Below, one piece after another: positions 27,390 to 39,819 of a stretch of DNA of 64,000 nucleotides. Numbering within the stretch: position 1 is the first letter of the stretch; each line of letters starts with the position of its first letter. The notes beneath the pieces were generated by a model, which made no database searches, was not told the origin of the DNA, and saw only the letters and a program-made list of their open reading frames with translations. Origin of the DNA: Fistulifera solaris (lineage: Eukaryota); contig AP026149.1 of NCBI GenBank assembly GCA_030295235.1, forward strand, positions 62,001-126,000. The letters are read 5' to 3'. A program made the translations under genes and the position numbers.

Positions 27390-27675
27390 TCCTTTCTTCC
27401 AGTCTCTATATTATTACTCAGTGCGAAGAACAAGAAGAATTGCAAAAAAGAGATAATAATATTAATATGAAAGACTTTCTCTTTCACAAGAAAAAGATCG
27501 CAAAAATGAAACTGAAAAAATGAAAATACTACCTGGTACTTCGTACTATACGTAGCGTTTGTGTTGTGTTGTTACTACTATGTCGCGATGAAGTACGACA
27601 GCAGTCGAAGTGACGTACACACATACGTACAGAACGGTACTTACATTGGCTCACCCGGATGTTAGAGAGTGTGTT

Positions 27676-27685
27676 GTGACGTCAC
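27676..27685. promoter_or_regulatory. CRE-like palindrome GTGACGTCAC between divergent ABM and OMA1-like genes
   Basis: Perfect palindrome ~150 bp upstream of the ORF; the TGACGTCA core recurs at 16390, 31572 and 52210 in similar positions. Confidence 0.5.
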
Positions 27686-27830
27686 GCAAACCTGCCAACC
27701 AAATAATACTCCGTACTCCGGAGTAATACTATTATATCGACGACGACGATGGAGTTATTTTATTATTGATTCTTTTCATTCAATTGCTGTTACCTTACCT
27801 TACCTTACCTTACCGTAGCTAGTACCAGGT

Positions 27831-29069
27831 ATGGCTTCCTATCTTCTTCACTCAAAAATAATGTTGTCGTCGCGGCAATCGCCGTGTCTACGACGGCGCG
27901 GGATGATATCACAGCGATTCTTCTTGTCTTCGAATGCGCCCACAACAACAGCACAATACAACAATCATCCAACAAAACGCCGATTCAATTATTGGCATCG
28001 CTGGGGACGAGTGTTGCGATATACTCGTATTCCGGTGTTAGTTGTGAGTGTGTACGGTATTGGTTATCAACAAGGGATTATGGATACAACACGGACGCCT
28101 CTCGCTATGCAACAAGGTTTAATGTTAACAATCTTGAAATCGGTCGGTGTCACCCACGAACAACAAGTTCTAATTATTTGTGATTCTTCCTCTAACACAA
28201 TGAAACAAGCGACACCGGAACAACGTATGGTCATGACCGTGGGACACCAAATTGTCCAAGCGGCGCGGGTGTACGTGCAAGAACAATTGCAACTGGCGTT
28301 GCAACAAGCGCAACAAGACAATAACAATGAAATAATAATGCCCAGTGATATGACACCTCAACAACAATTGGAGTATTTCATGACGCAATCGAAATTTGCT
28401 GAAACGATTCAATTGTGGTATCAGGCACAATTGCGTTTGAATGGGGAAACTACGTTTCCGTCTCCCTGGTCGTATGTTTGGATTCAACACTCGAACATAC
28501 CCAATGCGTTTGTCACGGAAATCTTGCCGCGGCGACTTTTTATCACAAAAGCCATGGGACAGATTGCCACGACACCGGATGAATGGGCGGTCGTGTTAGG
28601 ACACGAAATTAGTCACCTTATTTTGGGACACAACAGTCAAACGAATCAATTGGAAGTCTTTTTGAAAACGGTCGAAATCTTATTGTTGAGTATGGATCCG
28701 ACCGAAGGCGTTTTGACGGTGTTTGTAGTTGGAGCGTTGGCGGCGGTCCATCGAGGATTGGCGGCAGCGTATTCCCGAGAACACGAACGACAAGCCGATG
28801 AATTGGGATTGGTGTTGGCGGCGCGGGCTTGTTTTGATACGCAACGGGGGATTCAAGTCATGCACAAGATGCATCAACATTCGGTCAGTGCGGCGCCTTC
28901 CACGATGCAAAGTAGTACAATATCCTTGTGGGATACTCACCCACCGAGTTGGGAACGCTATCAACAATTGCAAAAAGCGAGTCAAACGGAACATGCGTTA
29001 CGGTATACACATTGTCACACCATGACGCAACGTTTCTTACGGGCGATTAGCAGGAATCCGGTCGAGTAG
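27831..29069 (+). CDS. OMA1: M48 metallopeptidase, OMA1-like
   Basis: PNAFV, DEWAVVLGHEISH (HExxH), YSREHERQADELG, ARACFD, DTHPPSWER; Arg-rich N-terminus. Confidence 0.85.
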   Translation: MASYLLHSKIMLSSRQSPCLRRRGMISQRFFLSSNAPTTTAQYNNHPTKRRFNYWHRWGRVLRYTRIPVLVVSVYGIGYQQGIMDTTRTPLAMQQGLMLTILKSVGVTHEQQVLIICDSSSNTMKQATPEQRMVMTVGHQIVQAARVYVQEQLQLALQQAQQDNNNEIIMPSDMTPQQQLEYFMTQSKFAETIQLWYQAQLRLNGETTFPSPWSYVWIQHSNIPNAFVTEILPRRLFITKAMGQIATTPDEWAVVLGHEISHLILGHNSQTNQLEVFLKTVEILLLSMDPTEGVLTVFVVGALAAVHRGLAAAYSREHERQADELGLVLAARACFDTQRGIQVMHKMHQHSVSAAPSTMQSSTISLWDTHPPSWERYQQLQKASQTEHALRYTHCHTMTQRFLRAISRNPVE

Positions 29070-29164
29070 TATACAATCCAAATGGAAATTCTAGTAACAC
29101 AGACTGATGATGATTGTTAAGAACATATAATGTTACAGCTCTATGATTCGCTCAATGTTCTGAA

Positions 29165-31375
29165 TTACAATCGAACTCTTCTTGCTACTTTGGGTGGCAT
29201 GGCAGCATTGGTTCCCTGAGACACTGACAATTCGATTGTTTTGGAGGATGGCTTGGGACCTGAGGATGGCTTTCGTCGTCGTACGGCTAATCCCCACCAA
29301 CTTAATAATAAATGAATTCCGGTCAAATAGGCCAAATGTTTCATGGCATGCACGTACGTTTCTTGTTTTAGTCCCAGGGCTTCCAAAACTTGATTACCAT
29401 TCCGTACCATGGCCATGGCACCCATGCGGGGTAAGTCTTTCCAAATTGATGACCACCACCGTCTTCCTCCAGTTGAGGAGACAAATTGCATGTCTTGGAA
29501 TTCAGCAACCATGACGGCATGGATGGCGTACGCAAATGGACTGATGCGTTTCATGAGTTGTGTCACCATAGGTGGTGAACGACGCGGATCGACTCCGCTG
29601 GGATTAATCACACCCACGAGCATGAGAACGACTAAAATGGGTAATCCAGCTTGAATGGCCAGACCCTCGGCGGCGAACCAACTCCCAAACAAAAATCCCA
29701 AGGATGCACCCGCTGCCGTCAATAAGGAAAAAAGCCCCCGTCAATGGCCACCATCCAATGCACAATCCGGTACACGCTTTCAAAACTGTACTAAAGACAC
29801 CCGCAAACAAGGCATCCAGTGGCAATTCCGCCAGAGCCTTCGCCAACAAATATTCCAAGGTACTGTATTGATGTCGCATTTGTTCCCGCAATACCACCGG
29901 ATATTCCTTTTCAAACAAATCGGCCGTCTTCATATATGCCATGTTACATACAACAATGGCCGCTGTAGTCAATAGTGCGGCCCGATCGGCTAAACTGTGT
30001 GCCGTGGGTGGTGAATTCGCCACAACGGTGGGATACAATTGGGTCAAGAGCCACGCGTTGCTCGCGGCAAAGACCAATCGAGCGACAATCGATGTCGTGT
30101 CGCGGAGATTTTGTCGCAAGGATCGTTTCAACAGTGCCATGAAACGCAAGAACCATGGAGGGCAGTGAAACAATCCAGGACGATGAGAACGGGAAGCAGA
30201 TTGCAAGGATTGAGCAGTTGGTATCTTATAGACTTCTTTCATTGAATTGTGTGGGTAACGCAGATCGCGATGTTTCTGGTTGTTCTTCTGGGGTATCCTT
30301 AATTGTTCTTGTTGATGCTTCCGAAAGTGCAACACAATCCTTTGGATACGCTTTTCGTCCAAAGCGGCTTGTACGGGGTCTTCGGGATCGACCGAAATCA
30401 AATCGACATAAAATTCGGCTGGATTCGTGTCTTGCGGACAGGAATATCCGAGATCATCAAAGTACGCTCGGACTTCTGAACGCGGTCCCACATAGCACAC
30501 GTGTCCACCCGACGCCAGTAATATAATATCATCCAATAATTCATTCCATATGGTCGATCGGGGTTGATGCAACACACAAAAGGCCGGAATTTGTAAATTC
30601 TGGACGGTATCACGAATGAGTTGGACGACACGAACACTCATACTGGTATCCAAGCCCGTCGTTGGTTCATCGGCCAACAACAGTTCCTTGTCAGTCAACA
30701 ATTCCAATGCCACCGCGAGTCGACGACGTTCTCCACCGGACAATTTGGGTGAATAAGAACCATGATAACCTCCCACTTTTCGATCGGCCACCGCTGCCAG
30801 TCCCAACGCTTGCAATTTCGTTTGTACCAAAGCATCACGTTGCTCTACTTCCCAATGAGGCAATTCCAAAAAGGCCGCCAATTGCAAGGTTTCTTGAACG
30901 GTCAATAATTCGAAAAACGAATCGTGTTGTTGCAACCAAGCGACTTGGGGTGGCGTCATGCGTATCAGTACTTCCTCGGGGTGATGATACTGCCAGACGT
31001 TACCTTGAGAAGAAGAAGACGAAGAAGAAGAACCCGCCAAGGCGTGAATAAGAGTCGATTTTCCGGCCCCCGAGGGTCCTAAAATGCCACATACGTGTCC
31101 ATTCGGAACGAATCCGGTGCAGGAATGTAATAACGGATGTTCTTTTGCCACACCGACAAATCATGCCATACCAAACCAGATTCTCCCTGCGTTAATTGCT
31201 GAATGATTTCTTCCTGTTTCATTGTGACGTACGTTTCTTTCTTTTCACGGTTGCTATTGTTGGTTTCGTCTTTTTCTTGTGGTGAAAGTGCCGCCGTGTA
31301 GTGCCTGCCGATCATCCCCAGAATCGCCAACACGAGGAAAAGAAATTGCGTTGTTACTCTTCGTTGTGATGGCAT
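29165..31375 (-). CDS. ABCG half-transporter; frameshifts near 31145 and 29725
   Basis: GPSGAGKST, LSGGERRRL, LLADEPTTGLD, HQPRS, NPAEF, C-terminal TM domain. Confidence 0.93.
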
Positions 31376-31760
31376 CGTTATGGAATCAAGCCGTTCAGAG
31401 GGGATAAAAGAAACACAACGAAACACGAAAGTTTCTTTTTTTTTTCTTTTAGAAGGAAATAGATGAACCATAGAACACCCAACGGAACTTTCGAGCACAC
31501 GTTGTGAAGAACAAAAAGAGACATCTCGCAAAAATCGCATCGAAAAAAGATCGAAATGATCGTCACACCGATGACGTCATGTGGCGCGCCATTCGTTATT
31601 GATTATATAGAAGTCAACAGTACAATAGTGATACCAACCGTGACTCGAAACGAATCACGCAAAACTAGGGGGCAATTCCGACTTCTTCACGCCCAAAAAA
31701 GGCCAATTGAAAGATTTTTTTCTTTTCGTTTATGATTAAAATTATATTCTTGTTTCTTAT

Positions 31761-34204
31761 TCACGCCAATCCAGGTTCCAAAGTATCACCTACTATTTCA
31801 CCCGCTTCGTTTTCATTCGGATGCAAGATTTGTTTTCGACGCGCCAAGAACTCTTCATAAGCTGGATCGCTCGCAAAAGGACGTTTGCCAATCAACTGGA
31901 CAATATCATCATGAGTAATTGTCTCCTTTTCCAATAACATGTTGGCGACCTGTTCGACTTGCGTTTTCTTGTCGGTCAACAATTGCACAGTCTTGCTATA
32001 AGCTTCATCGACAATCCGACGCGCTTCTTCGTCCATGGCACGCGCCGTTTTTTCCGAGTACGGACGATCTTCCAACATGGCATTGGGATCACGAGGAAAG
32101 GACAACTGGCCCAAACGTGGGTTCATACCGTACAATTGAATGGTCGAGTAAACCAAATCGGTGACACGTTTCAAATCGTCCGAGGCACCGGTAGTGACAC
32201 GACCAAAAAGATGTCTTCGGCGGCACGGCCTGCCAGTGCCATGCAGACAATGTCCATAATCTGGGGCTGGGTCCGCAACGCGACTTCTTTCGGCAAGTAC
32301 TGCGCATAACCCAAGGCACCACTGCTGCGGGGAATGATGGTGACTTTCATTAACGGGTCGGCATGTTCCAAAAACCAGCCGGCCACGGCATGGCCGGCTT
32401 CGTGATGCGCCACGATAGCCCGTTCTTCTTTCGACATGATCTTGTTGGATTCCAATCCACCAATGATCCGATCGGTGGCTTTTTCGAAATCATCCAAAGT
32501 GACGGTATCACCTTTACGGCGCGCCGCGACAATGGCTGCTTCGTTGCAAATGTTGGCAATGTCAGCTCCGGCGAATCCCGGTGTCAGACCCGCCAATCGT
32601 CCGGCAATGTCATCAATATCATCGTGCAATTGAATACCTTTCAAATGAACCTTGAAAATTTCTTTTCGACCATTCAAATCGGGTTTGTCCACAATGATTT
32701 GTCGATCAAAGCGACCGGGGCGCGTCAAGGCTTGATCGAGAATATCGACACGGTTCGTTCCTGCCAACACAACGACGCCCGTCGATGCCTCAAAGCCATC
32801 CATTTCGACCAACAATTGATTGAGCGTATTTTCTCGTTCATCATTGCCACCCATTCCACCGCGTCCACGCTGTCGACCGACGGCATCAATTTCATCAATA
32901 AAGACAATACAGGGAGCATTGGCTCTTGCTTCGGCAAACAAATCACGGACACGACTGGGACCGACACCAACAAACATTTCAATGAAATCACTGCCACTGA
33001 TGGAAAAGAACGGAACACCGGATTCCCCCGCCACAGCTTTGGCCAACAAGGTTTTGCCGGTTCCGGGAGGACCACACAATAAGGCCCCTTTGGGAATTTT
33101 CGCACCCAACCGCGTAAAGGGTGCCGCATCTTTGAGAAAATCAACAAATTCCATAATTTCCAATTTCGCTTGATCACAGCCAGCGACATCGGCAAAGGTC
33201 ACTTTCACATCTTGGGCTTTGATTTTCTTGGCAGTCGATTTGCCAATTTGAAAGATACTGCCCATACCCCCGGGTCCTCCTCCGCCACCGGCACCCCGAG
33301 CCGCACCTTGTCCCACCAACAAAATCATTCCATATAAAACTCCGACCATGAGCAATCCGGGAAATGCTCCGAGTAGAGCACGTCCGATGGTATCCTCACT
33401 GGTATATTGAATCGGAATGAATTGTTGTTGTGAAGAAGCCATGGCTTTTTGTGCTTCTTCCACTTTTCGTTCAAAGACATCAACACTTCCAATTTGCATG
33501 CGATAATAAAAGGGTGCTGCGGGTGTTGGTGTTGTGGAAGTGGTGGTTGTTGTTGTTGTGGAAAGATTGGGCAATTCCAGTGAAGACTCGTCGTCGTCAA
33601 TGTTGGGTTGATAAAACAACGATGCTTCTCCGTCTTCGTGGTGATGTTCTGCCACTTTTCGATTCGGCCGCTGTAAAGTCGTTTGAGGACGAACATAGAT
33701 ACGAGCGGTTTGATTGTCATCTGTCACGACAATTTTGACGACATCCTTTTGTTGCAACAATTGCCACAATTCGTGCCACGTAATTTCCCGATGCGTTAGT
33801 AAGTCGCTACTGGTAGAAGAAGCGTCGGAGGTAGTGTTTTTGCTGGCGCCGTTATTTTGTGATTGACGATATTCGTAATAAGCCACCGCGGCCATTAACA
33901 ACAACCAGCGGGGTAGATTGCCGTAGTCATTGTTGTTGTTGTTGTCATTTTGTTGTTGTTGTTGTTGCTTGTGTTGTTGTTGTTTCTTTTCGTTCTTCTT
34001 CTCCTTGCCCAAAAAATGATCAAATCCATTTCCGGCAGATGGTTTTTGCATCCACCAAAACGTAGAAGAAGACGAATTCGACATTGACAGCGTTCGTGGG
34101 GAAAGTAGTATTCGGGTGTTATTATGAAAGTCAATCCTTCGCACAGACGTTCTTCGTGTCAACGAAAGGAATAATCGTGTCGACGATGAAGAAGAAGACA
34201 TCAT
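31761..34204 (-). CDS. AFG3: Mitochondrial m-AAA protease (FtsH family, AFG3-like), paralog 2; frameshift near 32205
   Basis: [25 protein letters not shown]; same architecture as 7759-10062. Confidence 0.95.
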
Positions 34205-34785
34205 TTCATTATTTCGTAAATGGTTTGTGTTTGTTTTGCCTTATTTTATTCGTCGGCGCTATGTCAAATGTCTACACGTCGGTTTTTTTCTCTCTCTCTC
34301 TCTCTCTCTTCACTCCAAAATAAACAATTAAATGATTAAATGATTAAATGAATAATAATAATAATAATAAAGGAATGAATACTAAAGGAATGCGAAGAAA
34401 ACACGAGCGATCGAATGAATCAATGCAATGCAAAGGCAAAAAAAAATCAAGCGATATTATGGACCTCTCTCTCTCTCTCTCTTTTGGAGGACACCGTCAG
34501 CCGCAATTCTTCTCTCGTAATGTCGTCTGCAACGTGACTACAAGTCGTGGGACTGTTCATTCGTCTGTCCTTCAATACGGACAACGAACCTCACCGAGGG
34601 CAAACGAAGGAAACACGCGAGGATCGTTGGTGGCACTGTGCTATAAACAGTAGATGGCGTTGCACGGCAACGCAACCGAAAAAGGCGACGATCCTCGAGA
34701 TTGCTTCTCCTCTTCCATCATCATCATTGCGATTATTAGCATCATTCTTGCAAAACATACACATACATACACACACAATAATAAC

Positions 34786-35535
34786 ATGACAACACACTGG
34801 AACGCTCGCACTCCTATTACTTCAATTATGGGCACATTGATGGCATCTACGGAAGAGTCGTCAGTGGTCGCCACCACATCGTTGCCCATCGAACACCGCT
34901 TTTCACCATACGATTTCAATGGCGGTACCGTTGCGGCCGTTTCCGGTCCCGATTATGTCGTCGTCGCTGCCGATACGCGTTTATCGTCGGGATACGAAAT
35001 CAAGAGTCGAAATGTTACCAAATTACACGCCCTGACCGACAAATGCATCTTGGCATCGGCGGGATGCAAAACCGATGTCGATCAATTGCGCAGTGTACTA
35101 GATATTCGGGGTAAAATGTATCAATACAATCATCGAAAACCCATGAATACACCGTCTGTTGCACAAATGTTGTCCGTGACGTTGTATGGCAAACGGTTCT
35201 TTCCTTATTATGCCTTTAATGTCTTGGCGGGCATTGATGCGCAAGGTGTCGGTGCCGTGTATTCGTACGATGCCATTGGGTCCTTTGAACGTACACAATA
35301 TTCAGCCGCCGGTAGTGGACAAGCGTACGTCATTCCCTTTCTCGACAATGTCATTGGGAATCGCAATCGTCTTGAAGAAAAACCCATACTTACTGCCACG
35401 GAAGTTGTGGAATTGTTGAAAGATGCCTTTTTGAGTGCCGGGGAACGCGATATTTATACCGGTGATCAAGTGGAAATTATGGTGGTGACGCGCGATGGCA
35501 TTCAAACGCAAACGTTTGCGCTCAAGGCGGATTAA
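34786..35535 (+). CDS. PSMB1: 20S proteasome subunit beta type-1 (beta6)
   Basis: [55 protein letters not shown]. Confidence 0.95.
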   Translation: MTTHWNARTPITSIMGTLMASTEESSVVATTSLPIEHRFSPYDFNGGTVAAVSGPDYVVVAADTRLSSGYEIKSRNVTKLHALTDKCILASAGCKTDVDQLRSVLDIRGKMYQYNHRKPMNTPSVAQMLSVTLYGKRFFPYYAFNVLAGIDAQGVGAVYSYDAIGSFERTQYSAAGSGQAYVIPFLDNVIGNRNRLEEKPILTATEVVELLKDAFLSAGERDIYTGDQVEIMVVTRDGIQTQTFALKAD

Positions 35536-36157
35536 TAGGTAGGAAAGATGGTGAAATGGAATTATACAAAATAATATAAATGATGAGGAGTCGAGACGCG
35601 TTTTTTTTCTTTGTTCTATTTTACGTAGAAGAGAACAGTCATTTGTGTTGGTTACCAATGAAAGAGCTAGATAGACAGGGAACGGCGTTAAAACCTCGTC
35701 GTAGACGCTACGTAGAATCTTGTACTGGGAGGCAGATTTTTAACGTCCTTCCCAGATGGCTCTGCCCTTTGGCATAATTACTTTGTATTGAACTTCGGAT
35801 GAGGGCCTTAAAACGTGACTGACCGTTGCTGGTCCCGAGTGTCAGATTCCGACACTCTACCTGTACAAAGTACACATTCCATGGAAGGGCGAACCGGCGC
35901 GCCATTGGCTCTTTCGAAGTCCTCCGACGATGAAAATGACTTGACCAACGCAAAAAATAGAGACCATCCGTTTGGTATCCTTTCACAAAGAAAACAAAAA
36001 CAAGAGACCTTTCTTCTTCAACCCAAGCAAGAAGTAAACATACATACCTACGGAATATACCCTCAACGAATCTCTACTCCGCGATATCTCCTTTCCTTTG
36101 TTTCACTCCTTCTTGCTCTGTTACTTCTTCACTCTTCTTGATTGACTCGTTTACAAC

Positions 36158-37192
36158 ATGATACGCCTTTTCAATCATCAACCTTCGACTACGAGTCGAC
36201 TTTTCTGGCGCTCGTGCGTGACACGCTATCATTATTATTCGACAGAAAAACCATCGTTCGATGGAACTACACCGGCCTTTTCCAAAATTGCTTGCATCGG
36301 TACTGGCAAAATGGCGCACGCCCTGTTAAAGCCCATGATTACAACCGGTTTCCATCCCGCCAAAGATTTTACCGTCTTTGATGTTTCCACCAATCTCATG
36401 GAACAAGTCAGTAATGAATTGGGTGTCCAAACGGCCGAAAGTATTCCCGAAGCCATCGAAGGAGCCGATTTTATTCTCTGTGCCGTCAAACCACAAAATC
36501 TGAATGCCGCCTTCTTTGCCGAATTCCGTAAAGCGCAACCACATCCAAACGCGATATTGTTGTCAGTGATTGCCGGGAAAACCATTGATGTTTTTCATCA
36601 TACGCACATTAACAAAATTGTCCGCAGTATGCCCAATACGCCCGCCCAAGTCGGAGAAGGCATGACCGTGTGGAGTTGTACGCCCAATTTAACCGGCAGT
36701 GATCGCAATTTGATTCAAACCGTATTGAGTACGTGTGGTCACAGTATGTATGTCGATGATGAATCCTACATTGACATGGCCACCAGTATTAGTGGTTCCG
36801 GGCCCGCGTACATTTTCCTTCTTATGGAAAGTATGATTGATGGTGCCGTCCATATGGGATTCCCTCGTGACAAGGCAACGACGTTGGTGTATCATACCAT
36901 GCTGGGATCGACGTTGTATGCGATGGAAAGTGGGGAACATCCGGCCATTTTGCGCAACATGGTCACCAGTCCGTCCGGTACGACCGCTTCGGCCTTGTAC
37001 GAATTGGAAAATGGAAAAATTCGGACCGTCATTAAAGATGCCATGTGGGCGTGTTATCGTCGTTCGTTGGAAATGGGGAATCATGATAGTAATGTCGGTC
37101 CAGGACGATCGCAAACACCGCATGTTGTACACGCGGCGACGCCCGATTCCGAGTTGAGTAGTGATGACGAAGAGGTAGTACGACAACGTTAA
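36158..37192 (+). CDS. proC: Pyrroline-5-carboxylate reductase, probably mitochondrial
   Basis: IGTGKMA, AVKPQ, SVIAG, RSMPNTPA, SGSGPAY, VTSPSGTT. Confidence 0.95.
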   Translation: MIRLFNHQPSTTSRLFWRSCVTRYHYYSTEKPSFDGTTPAFSKIACIGTGKMAHALLKPMITTGFHPAKDFTVFDVSTNLMEQVSNELGVQTAESIPEAIEGADFILCAVKPQNLNAAFFAEFRKAQPHPNAILLSVIAGKTIDVFHHTHINKIVRSMPNTPAQVGEGMTVWSCTPNLTGSDRNLIQTVLSTCGHSMYVDDESYIDMATSISGSGPAYIFLLMESMIDGAVHMGFPRDKATTLVYHTMLGSTLYAMESGEHPAILRNMVTSPSGTTASALYELENGKIRTVIKDAMWACYRRSLEMGNHDSNVGPGRSQTPHVVHAATPDSELSSDDEEVVRQR

Positions 37193-37462
37193 ACGAAGGT
37201 TGTTGTTGGCGTGCAGGATGCTACATTAATGACATACACAAGGATGATGTTCACCATAGAAAAACTTCCACAAAAACTATAGAAACACAAAATTGATAGT
37301 AAATTGCTCTAGCCAAAAATTTCCCTAGCGTTTTAAGAAAAACAGGCACATCACGGATGGTTCCCTTTGTAAACAACACCCGGTCCTTCTGCCATATTTC
37401 CACATTCACGCCCCACCACCACGACGACAATTGAGTATCTCACCAGTTTAGTGAATTGTCGT

Positions 37463-37525
37463 TTTCCTTCCTTCCTTCCTTCCTTCCTTCCTTTCTTCCT
37501 TCCTTCTTTCCTTCCTTCCTTCCTT
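37463..37525 (+). repeat. (TTCC)n microsatellite
   Basis: About 15 units read directly. Confidence 0.95.
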
Positions 37526-38468
37526 ACGTTGTTACTTTTTCCTCTTCCGCATCCGAGACGGTATGACCATTCAATTCCCAATACACATCATCGTACGCAC
37601 TCTTGACTTTCCATACACAAGATCCATTGAAGCATTTGACCGTCTTACCACCACAATGGGTTTCCTGACTACTACTTGAATCATCATTCGATAATGAGGA
37701 ACAAGTTGCCGCATCATCAGCAATCTCTTGTCGCACAATATCTTTCGCTTTTTGTAACGACCATTGTCCAAAGGGTTCCCAACCCTTCCGTTCTCCATGT
37801 TTTTCAATCACCGCTTTGCGCAAATGTGAATGACACACACATCCGTACATGCGTTCAATTTGTCCCCCCGCCGTTAGTATGCGGAAGGGTGCATATTTCT
37901 TTTACAAACAGGAAATCCAATCGATTCACGTCCTGCGACAGGATGCGGATCACCCCATTTCGCATTGATGGCTTGTATCGCTTGTCCTTGTAAGGTATCC
38001 ATCGCCGCCGATCGAGCAAACATGGATCCACCGTACAATTCTCCACCGGACGACAACGGATAGCCACACACGAATCCCAGGGGTACTCTGTATATGTGTT
38101 TTTGTGAGAAAATGTGTAAAAGTGTGAGTAGGAAGGAATTGAAGGAAGGAAGGAAGGAATTGAATGAAGGAAGGAAGGAAGGAAGGAAGGAATTGAATGA
38201 AGGAAGGAAGGAAGGAAGGAAGGAATTGAATGAAGGAAGGAAGGAAGGAAGGAAGGAAAGTAGGAAGGAATTGAATGACTCTGACAACCGCACGATTCCA
38301 TAAAACGTACCGACCGGGGATTGCGGAAGCTTTCACCAAGGATCAGTCCGAAGGCAAGATCCCGTAATCATCACCATAGACTTTGGAATCTTGTTCGACC
38401 CGTGCTCGTTTACGAGCGGATCGTCGTATAGGTAAAGTGGTGGTACGTTTGGGACGTCGTCGTGTCAT
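37524..38468 (-). CDS. Hypothetical protein, probably two exons, with frameshifts
   Basis: Basic N-terminus MTRRRPKR..., acceptor CAG near 38088, then YPWDSCVAIRCRP...LPHTNGGG joined by a shift in the C6 run to QIERMYGCVCHSHLR. Confidence 0.5.
38130..38278 (+). repeat. (GAAG)n array with ~29-bp higher-order period (GAATTGAAT spacer)
   Basis: GAATTGAATGAAGGAAGGAAGGAAGGAAG repeated about four times. Confidence 0.93.
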
Positions 38469-38611
38469 GGTCGTCCAGAACAATAGAAGAAAAAAATAAT
38501 GAGATATTCTACGACTCTCTGTCTAGGGGAGACGAGAAAATTCTCTCTCTCGCTCTCTCTCGTCGCGTCTCGTCCGCTCGTGGTGGTTGCCGAGTGTGAC
38601 GAAAACGTACG

Positions 38612-39387
38612 TCACGTGGAACTTTCGGACATGCGCGCGCGCGTGTGTGCCATCGGACCAGTAGCAAGAACCCGGAGGTAAGAACGCGAGGATGATGAAG
38701 CCAACCCGGAGATAGGAACTACGTAGAACGAAGTCGTCGAGACGAAGTCAACCTCTAGATTCCAATGGCAAAGACAACCCTTCACACCTACGGTAGACAA
38801 AATGATATAGACAATCGACAATCCGCATAGTGCGAGCAAGATATAATTTTTTTTAATTTTTTCAACGGCAAATCGTAGGAGTGCCTTTAGATCGATCTCT
38901 CTTTCAAGTACAGCAGTGTTCAACGAAAGTCTTTATACCGCCGACAATCCGAACGAAGATGCTTGTTTTTCTGTCAAAAACGTCGGATCCACAGTGAATG
39001 ACGACTCCTTCAGCAAAGCGCACCATTGGATAATTCATTTCTTGTTTGTGAACATCCGGAGCGAGCAAGCGTGAATCATCTTTGGTGGGCCACTTTCGTT
39101 TTTTTTTTTTCTCAGGAAAATTCATCATCATCATCATGGTGCAACATCACACGTCGTGGTTGTGGATACACTCAAACATCGGTTGACTCTGGAGTATGAT
39201 TAGTTGTTGCGATTTGAAACAATTTCCGACGAGGATAGACCCAAATAGAATCATCTTCATTATTATTATTTGGAGTGCGAAGATGGGTGCGGACAAGAGC
39301 TGCATCGACCATCCCGCATGCCATCCAAATACAAAGACAAATACAAAGACTCAACCACCGAAAACACGAATAAAAAGAATGAGGCAT
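38612..39387 (-). CDS. Possible secreted/membrane hypothetical protein (fragmented ORFs)
   Basis: Signal-like N-terminus with RRKL, adjacent same-strand ORFs, one hydrophobic segment; no family recognised. Confidence 0.3.
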
Positions 39388-39819
39388 AGTAGTAGCAGTA
39401 CTCAGTATTCAATGAAGAAAGATGCTGTTTGCTAAAAACGAAAAAGAATGATGAAAGAATGCGAAACATATTGCCAAACGAAAATAGGAAGCCGTTGTGC
39501 GACAATTATTTTCGTTCTATAAAAAAGTGAGGTGCGCCCCCATCAACGGAAATTAGGACTGCGTTGAAATCACGAATCAATCGAGCACGTTCTTCACTAT
39601 ACTTCGTATCGACAGCGCATTGACGTTGAACGGCACGTAGAATTCTGTACGGTTCGTACAAGCACGCCCGCACGAACGAAGAAGAAACACGAAAAACACC
39701 GCAGCACGCAATATAACGCGAACATGTACCGAGATTCATTCATGGCAAACAATGTTTTCGCGTCCGCCACGCAACGATTTTCATGAAATCTCCTTGCATT
39801 CCATCACAACAAACCAAAG

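Noticed and set aside
37874..38339. ORFs made of FLPS/KEGR repeats
   Set aside because: Stop-free translations of the GAAG microsatellite
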